Shown here piece after piece: positions 33,617-43,650 of a DNA stretch of 64,000 bases. Both the position numbers and the translations under genes were made by a program. The first letter of the stretch is position 1. The number at the start of each line of letters is the position of its first letter. The notes beneath the pieces are model-generated. The model saw only the letters and a program-made list of their open reading frames with translations. It did not search any database and had not been told where the DNA came from. The DNA is from a virus: the IMG/VR virus record IMGVR_UViG_3300045988_162215, one strand, 5' to 3'.

Positions 33617-36600
33617 ATGCGGAGAGGACTTGACCTCTCCGCTATTTTTGGTTATAATAGAATAAGAATGAGATTTGATTTTTCATATTCTAATAAAGAA
33701 GAGAAAAAGGAGGAAAGAGTATTGGCAACAGACTACACTAAGTTTCAAGTTGATTCTACAGTAAAAGAGAATTTTACTAAAGCAGCTTCCAATACTTCAT
33801 TGAATAGGGGAGCAGACTATATCTCTAATTCAATTTATGATGCTGTAGCTTCAGTGTCAGAAAACGCGGTGTCCGCGGTTCAAAGTGATGTTTCCTATGA
33901 AATGGAAGTCATGGAGATAGTAGACCAAGGAACCGCAACTTATAGAGTAAAATATTTAGAGAATGATAAATTGCAAGCACATGCAAGTACGCCTAGTTAT
34001 TCAGTTGGTGATCATGTGTTAGTATTAGTGCCAAGGGGAGATTTTGATAATCCTCTTGTTATTTTAAATTCTGTAACACCTTCTGTTACAGTAGTTGGAG
34101 AAGACAAAACAACAGCAGAAACATTAAAAAGAATTGAAGTAAGTCAAAATCTTTTTAATAACTATAATTTAATTAAATTTGCATCTTATCAAGATGAAAC
34201 TATAGATATAAATGATATTGTTCCATATAATTTATCTGATTTGTTAAAAGGATATTTTGATAGTGGATATAATATCTTAAAATTAAATATGAATGTTAAA
34301 ACTTCTATCGCAAAAGAACAAAGAATTTCTGGTTCTTATGGAATTAAAGTTGAAATCCCAATCCGCAGAAAAAATGCAGATGGAATTTTAAAAGATGACA
34401 TTCAAGAATTTTATTTAGATTCTAAGGTTTTTAATGGTAATCCATATGAATTAACAAATTGGTCTAATCAAACTAATTATTTGGTTCTTAATTTTGGAGA
34501 CGAAATTATTTTTGATAAAAAGAGAAGCATTAAAGTTACTGCTTTTGTTGATGGATTCCCGCAAGATCCAGCTAAAACAGATAAGAGTGTTTGGGCTGAT
34601 ATTATATTAAAAGATATTCAATTAACTGTTTGCGAAGATATTGAAACAGTTGAAGGCGGATATAAAGTTGTACTGACAGCAGAAAATGGACCTTTCTTTG
34701 CTAACCAAGATGTTTCCTCTATTGAAGAAAAGAAAATCAATTTAAAGGTATTTTTAAATGGACTTGAAACTTCTTATGCTAAAATGCCTATTTATTGGTT
34801 TATTGAAGATCCAACAGTAAATGAAACAAGTAAATATTATCATCGTTCTGCGGGTGTGAATTGGAGATGTTTAAATTCTAGAACAGAGGTTTTAGGCGAA
34901 GCACAGAATGATAGTTCTTTTGTTTTTAATACATCTGCGGGTTCGGTGACGATCTCAAATCAAGATATCAAACACAAATCTAAAATTAGATGCTATGTTG
35001 GTACCAATGAAGGTCAATTATGGGTTTATGGAGAGCTAACTATAAGTAATTTATATTCTTTAATTAAAGAGGTTAATTTATATGCGGATAAAGAAAACAA
35101 TACTTATATTGAAAATATAGGTAGTGTAACTTTAACTTGTGAAGTAAATTATCCTAATTTATATAGTAATGTAGTTCGTGATGAAGAGTTAAATTACGTA
35201 TGGGAGCAAATTGACCAGCAAGGTCGAATCATCAGCCAAGACGATTTTTATAATATTGTAGCTTTAAATGATAAGAATATTACTGATGGCATCTATACTA
35301 CTAAGATTAGTTTTCCGGTAAGTTCATTAACATCAGACATGAATATTTTTAAAGTTTATGTTTATGCTAATAAAAAACAAGCATCGGGTTCAATTATTGC
35401 TTATCCTATTGAAACAAAACAAATTAGTATAAGAACAAAAGAAGGACAAGATTTTTTAGTTGTTTTAGACAATGCTAATGTAAATTATAATTATGATGCA
35501 GATGGCGATGCACCAGATAGTGATAATTATGATGGTTTGAGTTTACAGAAATTAGAGATTAAACCTGTTGAGTTTAGTATTATAAGCGCGGCTACCGGTG
35601 AAGAGATCTCTAAGGCTGAATACGATAGAGTTAGTTGGGTTTGGAAAGTTCCAATCAATAGTTTATTAAAACCTAATTTAGTTTATTTTGAAAGTATAAA
35701 TCAAGATAATACTTCTGCTATAACAAAAGATGATAATTATTATTATATACGCGGGAATGGAACTAATAGGAATCTACAATACAAGCTTGCTAGTCGCTAT
35801 AATGCGAAGTCCGCGCAGAGTCTTTCAAGTTTAACAATTACTTTTGGTAGTACAGTATTATATGAAGATGTCCCTATTAGATTCTCAAAAGATGGTGAGA
35901 ATGGAACTAATGGTACTAAATATACTGCTTTTGTTACCTATAAAATTGGAGATACAGAATATCGTTATGGAGATATTTATGTTGATGATAATGGTAATGA
36001 GCATCCTGTAAAAATGCGTTTTGTGGCAGTAGAAGATAATGATGGTACTATTGATTGGTATATTTATGATTTAGTTAGTAATACTTTAAAGAAGTGTTAT
36101 ACTTTATCAGGAAATAGTTATTCACATATTAAAGGTGATTTATATAGATTAAATATTAAAGTTTATAAAGATGGAGAAGAGATAAATACGAGTGCTTCCT
36201 CTCAAACAGGTCAAGCTAACGTGTCTTGGAATATTTTTGATAGTGGAGAAAGACAAGGTTTAGGATGGAAAGAAAATAAATATTTTTGTCCTTTTGCTAT
36301 ATCAGATAGTGATTCTAGCTCTTGTTATATTATTCCTACAAATAGTGATAAAAATAAATTAAGCCAATGGAATAATGAAAATAATATCCCTTATGTAATT
36401 GTACAAGCAAATATTTCATTATCTAATTTAAAGGCAACTGCGGATCAAAGCACAGATGATTTAAATAATATCTATAATAATGATTTACATATTTATTATG
36501 ATTATCCTATTGAAATTACTAGAATTAAAAAGCCACAAACAGATTTTGCTTCTGATGGAAGTTTTAAATCTTTTGTTCCATCACTCGAAGGTGGTTTCTA

Positions 36601-39600
36601 TAATGTATTATATACATCAGCAGGAAATAATCCTCAATACGATGATACAGAAAACTTTAGATGTGAGAGTAATTTAATTGGAGTAGATAGTAAAGAATGT
36701 AATTACTCTTGGAATGCAAACAGTAATATATTTTTAGATAAGAACATGACTGTGCATGAAATATCTGTCTCTGAAAATAATGAATGTCCTGTTGCAAAGC
36801 CGAATCCACTTTTCCAATCTGGAGACTTTTATAATTATATTAAAGTAAAAGTAGATATTGAGAATAAAATATTAAAAAATAAATTGAGTAAATCTACTTC
36901 TGAAAAAGAAGAATTACAAAAAGCTTTAGATAAGAATAATTTAATTTATGATAATTTAAAATTATTTTTAAAAGCATGTAATCTTTATCAGATAGAATAT
37001 TCACTTAAACAAAGTAAAGAAGAGCTTCAAAAAAGAAGTGAGTGTATAGATGCATTACAAAATATTATCAATGCAATAAATAGTTTAGATAGAGATGTTT
37101 CAGCTCAATCTAATATGAGTGAGTTAATTCTTTCTAATGGAGTTAAAATAGGTAGCTCTAAGAATGCAGATACTTTTATTTATAATGAATTAAATATTAT
37201 AAATAATATTATTATATCTGTTTTAAATACTAAGACAAGTGTTTATGGTATTGGATATAATGGTGGAAACGATATTGAATCTATATCTTCTTTATTTGAA
37301 GATGTTTTATCTAGAATTTCAACTTTATACGGTAATGGCATTAGAACTATTATTAGAAAAGATGTTAACGTTTTACAAAGCTCTATTGATGCTTTTAATA
37401 CTTTTAATCAAAGTATTAAAAATAAAACAGTTACAACTAATTATAGTGATTTTACTGCTAAATTAAAAAATATAGTTGAGAATGAAAATTTGGTTGAATT
37501 AGCAAAACAAGAAGAAGAATATCAAAAGCTATTAGACACATTAAATGGATATTATGTGAATATTACAGAGTATGTAAGTGGAAATGATGTGGAAAAAAAT
37601 TATGTTGATATTTGGAATAGTTTTGTTAATTTTAAACAGAAACTTTATTCATACGGTAGAGAAATTGAGTCTGATGAAATATTAGAGCAAAGAAATCAAT
37701 TAAGTCAACAATACGCTTTAGATTTAAGTGAGATTGAAGCTAATAAAGAAAATACTATTATTTCTAGTGAACCTATTATATCATATCAAAATAGAACATT
37801 GTCTGGAAAAAAATATTCAGAAGCTAAAGATATTGTTCAAAAAAGATATGAAGAGTTGGTAGCAGAAGATAATGATAGTTGCAGTAGAGAAATAGCTAAA
37901 ATTAAAACTAATAAAGATCTTACAGATGAACAAAAGAATGAACAAATTATTGTTATAAAACAACAATATGGTTTATTAAAGAAAGAAAAAACTTCTGAAA
38001 AAGATGCTGTATTAAAAACCTTAGCTGATGACGTTGAGAATACAAAAATAAAAAATATAAATACCATAACTGAGACATATAATACTAATTTATTAAAAAC
38101 ATATGAAAATAGCTATTTAGTTCCATTAGAATACTTACAAGAAAAATATAGTACAAAAACGTCAGAATTAAATACAGAAATTGAAAATAAAAATAAAGAA
38201 ATAGCTGATTTAAATACAGGTATTGAATCTAGTCAAGAATCAGTTGTTATTATTAGACCAATAAATATGAAATGTAATTCATATGAAATTCCGGGATTAA
38301 ATAACTGGGATGGTAAAAAATATTATTTATCTAATAATGGTGAATATATGTTTTGTCCTCAAATTGGTGCTGGTGTAAAAACAAATAATAACACTTTTAC
38401 AGGAATGTTCATGGGTGCTAGAACTTCGGTTAATAGAAGTATGGTTTCTGAAACTGAAAACGACCTTAATTTAAGAAATAAAGATATTGGTTTATTTGGA
38501 TACTCACAAGGTGTTCAATCTATCTTTTTAGATGCTAAAACAGGTTCCGCATTTATGGGAATGCCAGGACAAGGCCAGATTGTAATAAACCCAGACCAAG
38601 CTTTTGCTTCAATATATTCTGGAAATTACTATAAATATGATTCAAATAGAAAAGGCTATTATAGTAAAAAAGATGGTAGCTTTATTAGTGAAATTGATTT
38701 TAATAATTTAAAGACTCAAGAAGAAAGAGATAACTACTCAAGCGGGCAAGGTATGCTTATTAACTTAACTGATGGTGCTATAAAGAGTAGTTATTGGAAT
38801 GTTAATTCTGAAGGTAAGAGTACATTTACATCTGGAATTATCGGCGGATGGGAAATTGGCGCAAATACACTATCTAGTGTAATAAAAAATAACGCGCAGC
38901 TCGTGCTTGATAGTGGTAATTTAGTTGGCTTAACGGATGTTAATGGATCTGAAGGCCGCAGTCCTAAAATTTATTCTAGCGATAATACTAGAAAACCACA
39001 TGATACTTTAGACAGTATGGAACCTGGATTTTATCTTAGTTCAGATGGTTTAAGTATTGGTAATACATTTAAAGTAAGCAATCAACCCGCGACAGGATTA
39101 AGAACTCAAGGAACAGGTATTCTTGAAGTAGGAAATTTAAGTGGTGCGCATTGGACAATCGGACAAAATCTTGAAGGTACAAGTTTTATTGGTTATGGTG
39201 CTTCTTATTTAATTAGTAAGTCTTTTGTTAATGCGAATAATGACAATTCAGCTAATGATAGTGAAAGCGTATATTTAGGTACTGATGGTTTATCTTTTGG
39301 TAGAAACTTAGAATTGAAATCAAATGGATCATTAAAAGTAGGTCATTTTACAAAAAATGGTCTTTTAAGTAATTTTTTGGTATTAGAAGTTGATGAAGGA
39401 GATAGTTCAAATGCTTCTTTAAGATTTAATACTAATAGCATACATGATTTTAAGAATAATAGTCTTTACGTAGGAACCCAAGGAATTAGACTTGGAAAGC
39501 AGAGTTTAAAAGGTAATAATCGTGGAGTATTTGAAGTTGAGAATGATGGTACTCTATGGGCAACCGCAGGACACGTCGCTAATTGGACTCTTGATGAATA

Positions 39601-40885
39601 TCAATTACTATCAACAAACACGGTTGTTGTAGATGGTGTTACAAGACCAGGATTAGTGTTAGATAGTAGAAAAGGCTATGTTGCTTTTATTAAAGAAGGT
39701 TTTGATAAAACAACAAAAGGCTTTTATATAGGTAATGAAGGTTTATCTTTGGGCGATTCATTCTGGGTTGATAGAACTGGACAGCTTTCTGCGACAAAAG
39801 GAAATATTGCTAATTGGACTATTGATAAAAATTCTTTATATGTAAAAACTTCTGCAACAGATGGTTCATTAGTTAAACTGTTTGATATTCATCCTACAAC
39901 GTCTGGTGGATATATTGCTTATAATACAACAGGTTGGAATACAGGTAGATTGTTAAATAATATTGAAGGATGCTTCTATTTAGGTACAAACGGAATTTCA
40001 CTTGGAGAAGGTCCTGCCGCACCTTTTAGAGTTAATAATAAAGGTTATTTGTGGTCTACCTCTGGAGTTATTGGTGGATGGACTATTAGCAACACAAGCC
40101 TTAAAGGTGGTAATGTTACACTCAACAGTGATGGTTCTCTTATAGGTTCTAAATGGCGTTTTAGTAAAGAAGGTGTTCTTACTTGTACTGATGCCGTTAT
40201 TGGTGGTGTTCATTTTAAGACTGGTTCGGGAGAAGCAAATTGGTCAGGTGGACAAATGACATCTGGAAAAATTGGTTCATGGAATATTGGTATTAATGCA
40301 ATAACATCTGATAATGGAAATGTTAATTTTGAAACAGATGGAGATTTTAAGATTGTAACAGATGGAAATCATGGAATTGAAGGCACTGGAACAAAAATTG
40401 ACATAAAAGGAATTATAGTATCAATTAATGATGGTGCTATTGGTGTAGATAAAAGTAAAGCTCATTTTGGATTAGAAGCTGGTTCTGGTTTAACTATCAG
40501 TCAAGGAAATATGAGTACAACTGGATTAAGTAATGGTATAAATCTAAATGCTGGTGGTGGAGATTGTTCTTTTGGAGGAGGAAGTAGCCTATCTTTAACT
40601 TCTACTGGAACAACAGAAGTAAAAGGAAATAAAGTAAAATTAACAGGAGAATTAGAATTACCTTCTACTATTAAAGTTGGAAATCAGACATTTGAAGAGT
40701 ATATTCAAAAAGCTATTGAAAAAGCATTAAATAATCCTTCAGCAGGAATTAAAGGCTCTTTAAACGCTATAATCAATAAATTATTATCTGGAAAACAGCT
40801 TTCTATTAGTACTACTTCTAGTAAGACTGGAAGCTCAGAAGGACATAGCCATTCATATACAAAAGTAACTGGTGTTCATTTTTAA
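33617..40885 (+). CDS. giant tail protein (2422 aa; distal tail / fibre-like with tandem beta-repeats)
   Basis: About 8 tandem repeats with motif G.I(G/A).W(T/N)I..N.L in the C-terminal third (IGGWEIGANTL, AHWTIGQNL, ANWTLDEYQL, ANWTIDKNSL, IGGWTISNTSL, IGSWNIGINAI) plus a central coiled coil; start codon uncertain. Confidence 0.6.
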   Translation: MRRGLDLSAIFGYNRIRMRFDFSYSNKEEKKEERVLATDYTKFQVDSTVKENFTKAASNTSLNRGADYISNSIYDAVASVSENAVSAVQSDVSYEMEVMEIVDQGTATYRVKYLENDKLQAHASTPSYSVGDHVLVLVPRGDFDNPLVILNSVTPSVTVVGEDKTTAETLKRIEVSQNLFNNYNLIKFASYQDETIDINDIVPYNLSDLLKGYFDSGYNILKLNMNVKTSIAKEQRISGSYGIKVEIPIRRKNADGILKDDIQEFYLDSKVFNGNPYELTNWSNQTNYLVLNFGDEIIFDKKRSIKVTAFVDGFPQDPAKTDKSVWADIILKDIQLTVCEDIETVEGGYKVVLTAENGPFFANQDVSSIEEKKINLKVFLNGLETSYAKMPIYWFIEDPTVNETSKYYHRSAGVNWRCLNSRTEVLGEAQNDSSFVFNTSAGSVTISNQDIKHKSKIRCYVGTNEGQLWVYGELTISNLYSLIKEVNLYADKENNTYIENIGSVTLTCEVNYPNLYSNVVRDEELNYVWEQIDQQGRIISQDDFYNIVALNDKNITDGIYTTKISFPVSSLTSDMNIFKVYVYANKKQASGSIIAYPIETKQISIRTKEGQDFLVVLDNANVNYNYDADGDAPDSDNYDGLSLQKLEIKPVEFSIISAATGEEISKAEYDRVSWVWKVPINSLLKPNLVYFESINQDNTSAITKDDNYYYIRGNGTNRNLQYKLASRYNAKSAQSLSSLTITFGSTVLYEDVPIRFSKDGENGTNGTKYTAFVTYKIGDTEYRYGDIYVDDNGNEHPVKMRFVAVEDNDGTIDWYIYDLVSNTLKKCYTLSGNSYSHIKGDLYRLNIKVYKDGEEINTSASSQTGQANVSWNIFDSGERQGLGWKENKYFCPFAISDSDSSSCYIIPTNSDKNKLSQWNNENNIPYVIVQANISLSNLKATADQSTDDLNNIYNNDLHIYYDYPIEITRIKKPQTDFASDGSFKSFVPSLEGGFYNVLYTSAGNNPQYDDTENFRCESNLIGVDSKECNYSWNANSNIFLDKNMTVHEISVSENNECPVAKPNPLFQSGDFYNYIKVKVDIENKILKNKLSKSTSEKEELQKALDKNNLIYDNLKLFLKACNLYQIEYSLKQSKEELQKRSECIDALQNIINAINSLDRDVSAQSNMSELILSNGVKIGSSKNADTFIYNELNIINNIIISVLNTKTSVYGIGYNGGNDIESISSLFEDVLSRISTLYGNGIRTIIRKDVNVLQSSIDAFNTFNQSIKNKTVTTNYSDFTAKLKNIVENENLVELAKQEEEYQKLLDTLNGYYVNITEYVSGNDVEKNYVDIWNSFVNFKQKLYSYGREIESDEILEQRNQLSQQYALDLSEIEANKENTIISSEPIISYQNRTLSGKKYSEAKDIVQKRYEELVAEDNDSCSREIAKIKTNKDLTDEQKNEQIIVIKQQYGLLKKEKTSEKDAVLKTLADDVENTKIKNINTITETYNTNLLKTYENSYLVPLEYLQEKYSTKTSELNTEIENKNKEIADLNTGIESSQESVVIIRPINMKCNSYEIPGLNNWDGKKYYLSNNGEYMFCPQIGAGVKTNNNTFTGMFMGARTSVNRSMVSETENDLNLRNKDIGLFGYSQGVQSIFLDAKTGSAFMGMPGQGQIVINPDQAFASIYSGNYYKYDSNRKGYYSKKDGSFISEIDFNNLKTQEERDNYSSGQGMLINLTDGAIKSSYWNVNSEGKSTFTSGIIGGWEIGANTLSSVIKNNAQLVLDSGNLVGLTDVNGSEGRSPKIYSSDNTRKPHDTLDSMEPGFYLSSDGLSIGNTFKVSNQPATGLRTQGTGILEVGNLSGAHWTIGQNLEGTSFIGYGASYLISKSFVNANNDNSANDSESVYLGTDGLSFGRNLELKSNGSLKVGHFTKNGLLSNFLVLEVDEGDSSNASLRFNTNSIHDFKNNSLYVGTQGIRLGKQSLKGNNRGVFEVENDGTLWATAGHVANWTLDEYQLLSTNTVVVDGVTRPGLVLDSRKGYVAFIKEGFDKTTKGFYIGNEGLSLGDSFWVDRTGQLSATKGNIANWTIDKNSLYVKTSATDGSLVKLFDIHPTTSGGYIAYNTTGWNTGRLLNNIEGCFYLGTNGISLGEGPAAPFRVNNKGYLWSTSGVIGGWTISNTSLKGGNVTLNSDGSLIGSKWRFSKEGVLTCTDAVIGGVHFKTGSGEANWSGGQMTSGKIGSWNIGINAITSDNGNVNFETDGDFKIVTDGNHGIEGTGTKIDIKGIIVSINDGAIGVDKSKAHFGLEAGSGLTISQGNMSTTGLSNGINLNAGGGDCSFGGGSSLSLTSTGTTEVKGNKVKLTGELELPSTIKVGNQTFEEYIQKAIEKALNNPSAGIKGSLNAIINKLLSGKQLSISTTSSKTGSSEGHSHSYTKVTGVHF

Positions 40886-40887
40886 AA

Positions 40888-40916
40888 TTGACAAAATAAA
40901 AAATTTTTGTTATACT
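40888..40916 (+). promoter_or_regulatory. sigma70-like promoter (TTGACA-17-TATACT) for the small gene pair inside the tail module
   Basis: TTGACAaaataaaaaatttttgtTATACT. Confidence 0.6.
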
Positions 40917-40944
40917 TAAATAAAGAGATAAAGGAGACTAACTA

Positions 40945-41121
40945 ATGGATGAACTTAGACAAACTATAATAACTGCGGTTAACAATAGTAATCTTCCAAT
41001 AGATGCAGTATATTATGTAATGAAAGACATTTGGAGAGATGTCTATGAGATGCATGAGAATGCATTGAAAAATGCTTCTACCAAAACAGAGTCTACAGCT
41101 GAGGCTACTGAGGAAGAATAA
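40945..41121 (+). CDS. hypothetical small protein (58 aa), not in ORF track
   Basis: SD aaaggagactaacta + ATG; own consensus promoter 40888..40916. Confidence 0.45.
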   Translation: MDELRQTIITAVNNSNLPIDAVYYVMKDIWRDVYEMHENALKNASTKTESTAEATEEE

Positions 41122-41243
41122 TGATTGATGCGGTCATAGGTTAATAGTAGCCTGTGACCGCATTTGGTCGTTATAAGATTATACTCTTTGGGCAGCTTTG
41201 ATATATTTTGAGAAATGAATAAACCCAAGGAGGAATAGATAAA

Positions 41244-41732
41244 ATGCTTAACCTATTATCTAGTTATTCAGCTACAACTATTGCCATTATTATTTTTATG
41301 GTGTTAGTTGCTCTCAAAGAGTTAATTGAATTACTTAAATATTTTTATAATATATTAAAGAAACATTTTGGAAAAGAAGAGGAAGAAAAAAAGAATGATG
41401 ATAAAATATTAGAACAATTAAATGAATTAAAAAAAGACTTTGATGAGCATAAAAAAGAACACCAAGAAATAAAAAGTGACATACAAGAGATAAAAGAGGA
41501 ATTAGTAGATAACAAAAACAGTATAAAAAGATTAGTGACATCAGACCGGAATGATATAAAAAGTTGGCTTGTAGAAAAACATCATTTTTTCATAAATCAA
41601 GGCTGGATAGATGACTTTTCAATGGATACTGTCAATAGAAGATTTAGTGATTATGTTGAGGAAGGCGGCAACTCATATGCAGAGAGTCTAGTGAGTGCGA
41701 TTAGAGATCTCCCTAACCAACCGCCGCAATAG
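41244..41732 (+). CDS. membrane-anchored coiled-coil protein (162 aa)
   Basis: SD aaggagg + ATG; N-terminal TM helix TIAIIIFMVLVAL then a K/E-rich helix. Confidence 0.5.
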   Translation: MLNLLSSYSATTIAIIIFMVLVALKELIELLKYFYNILKKHFGKEEEEKKNDDKILEQLNELKKDFDEHKKEHQEIKSDIQEIKEELVDNKNSIKRLVTSDRNDIKSWLVEKHHFFINQGWIDDFSMDTVNRRFSDYVEEGGNSYAESLVSAIRDLPNQPPQ

Positions 41733-41755
41733 AAGAGAAAAAGGAGGGTTATAAA

Positions 41756-43648
41756 TTGGCAAGCTATGATTTATACCCGCCCATTGTCAATAGTTATGCT
41801 CCTTCTTTTGTTACTTGGCAGACTATTGATACTGCAACAAATCAGCCTCTTGAAGGTAACAAACCAGCATGTAATATTTATTTTTCGCTATCAAAATTTA
41901 ATGTAATACAATTTGATTCATCAATAAAATTACATGCTGTTGTTACTTATCAGTCAGATGCGACAAGTGCAGTTAATAAAGAAGATTCTAATATTCATTA
42001 TAGAAAAACAGGAATTATTCTTAATATGGGTTGGGAAAAAACATCACAAGATGGTGTTTATGTAACAAAAATTTTAAATGAAGATATAAAAGGAACTGAT
42101 ACTGCTTATCCAGGTTTTAGCGGGTTTATTCCAGGACGAATTTATTCAATTCAATTAAGATTTAGTAAGGTTAAGTATGATCCTACTACTTATACCAAAG
42201 GACAGCAAGCTTGGATTTCAGAAAATGCAAGTAATTTTTCTGAATGGTCTACAATAGTAGTTACTAAAGCAATAGGTCAAGCAACAATTAGAATACCTAG
42301 TATTGGATATTATACAGGAGATTCTACTGATACTTATACAGTAAATTCTGAAACAATAGAAGTATTAGGCAAATATTATAATATAGATGAAAGTGAAACT
42401 CTTAGAAGCTACAGAGTTTCTTTATATAAAGGAAATGTCATTGATCAAAGTATGAAAATTGAAGATAGTGACATTATTTATGCAAGTAAATTTTATGATG
42501 TAAATCAGATAAAGTATAAATTTAAGACAGCTTTAGTCAATGGAGCAACCTATACTGTTGGATTGCAATACACAACTATAAACTACTATGAGTCTGGAGA
42601 AATTGCTTTTAAAGTTAAAGCAGTTTTTGGCGTTGAAGAAAATCCTTTAACAATAGAAACGATTGACTACAGCACAGATGCTAAATTTAAAACTTTAACT
42701 GATCGCGGGCTTGAGGAAGATGAGGGGCGAGTATGTTTGCATATTGGCAACCTTGATGCTGCAGCTGCGGGAACCTATGTCGTCCGCCGCGCAGATAGTA
42801 GAATAAAATCTGGTATTCACTATGAAGATACAGATGAAAGTAATGAATTTACTATGTGGGATACTATTCAAACAATTACCTTACCTTTTGTTGAAGAAGA
42901 GTATAAAACAGATTTTTATTTCTTTGATAATACTGCGGAAAGTGGTGTTTGGTATAAATATGGTATTCAGCAAATTGAAGAGGATGGTTCTACAAAGAGT
43001 AGTTTAAACAAAACAGAAAATCCTATTTTAAGAAATTATGAATACGCTTATTTATATGATGCAGATGGTAGACAATTAAAAATTCCTTATGATTATACTG
43101 TTTCTAATTATAGTGTTAATGTGCAGGAGTCTATTACCGATACTATTGGTGGTAAATATCCTTTTATTACTAGAACAGGCGGAACTAGAAATAAGACTTT
43201 CTCTATTGGTGGCATTATTAGTTTTAATATGGATGATAATAATACTTTTACATCAAGAGAGAAAATGTATGGTTCTACTGTAATTGCTGGGTTGTATGAT
43301 GACTATAATACTGAAAATAGAATAGACCATTATGATCATATTAGAGAAAGAGAATTTAGAAATTTGGTTATAGAATTCTTAATGGATGGAAAGAGGAAAG
43401 TATATAAATCTACTCAAGAAGGTAATATGATTGTTAGATTGACTAATGTATCATTATCACCTAATGCCCAGCTTGGTAGATTAACTTATAATTTTAGTGC
43501 AACAGTAACAGAAATCGCAGATTATACTGTTGAGAATTTGACTAAATATGGATTTTGTGATACTTTAGTATATTGTAATACTAAAACCGCGGCGATCGCG
43601 CATCCACAATCTCACATATTGAGTGCAGATACTCCAGAGGAGGTATAG
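41756..43648 (+). CDS. hypothetical tail / baseplate protein (630 aa)
   Basis: TTG start 8 nt after SD aaggagg. Confidence 0.5.
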   Translation: MASYDLYPPIVNSYAPSFVTWQTIDTATNQPLEGNKPACNIYFSLSKFNVIQFDSSIKLHAVVTYQSDATSAVNKEDSNIHYRKTGIILNMGWEKTSQDGVYVTKILNEDIKGTDTAYPGFSGFIPGRIYSIQLRFSKVKYDPTTYTKGQQAWISENASNFSEWSTIVVTKAIGQATIRIPSIGYYTGDSTDTYTVNSETIEVLGKYYNIDESETLRSYRVSLYKGNVIDQSMKIEDSDIIYASKFYDVNQIKYKFKTALVNGATYTVGLQYTTINYYESGEIAFKVKAVFGVEENPLTIETIDYSTDAKFKTLTDRGLEEDEGRVCLHIGNLDAAAAGTYVVRRADSRIKSGIHYEDTDESNEFTMWDTIQTITLPFVEEEYKTDFYFFDNTAESGVWYKYGIQQIEEDGSTKSSLNKTENPILRNYEYAYLYDADGRQLKIPYDYTVSNYSVNVQESITDTIGGKYPFITRTGGTRNKTFSIGGIISFNMDDNNTFTSREKMYGSTVIAGLYDDYNTENRIDHYDHIREREFRNLVIEFLMDGKRKVYKSTQEGNMIVRLTNVSLSPNAQLGRLTYNFSATVTEIADYTVENLTKYGFCDTLVYCNTKTAAIAHPQSHILSADTPEEV

Positions 43649-43650
43649 TC

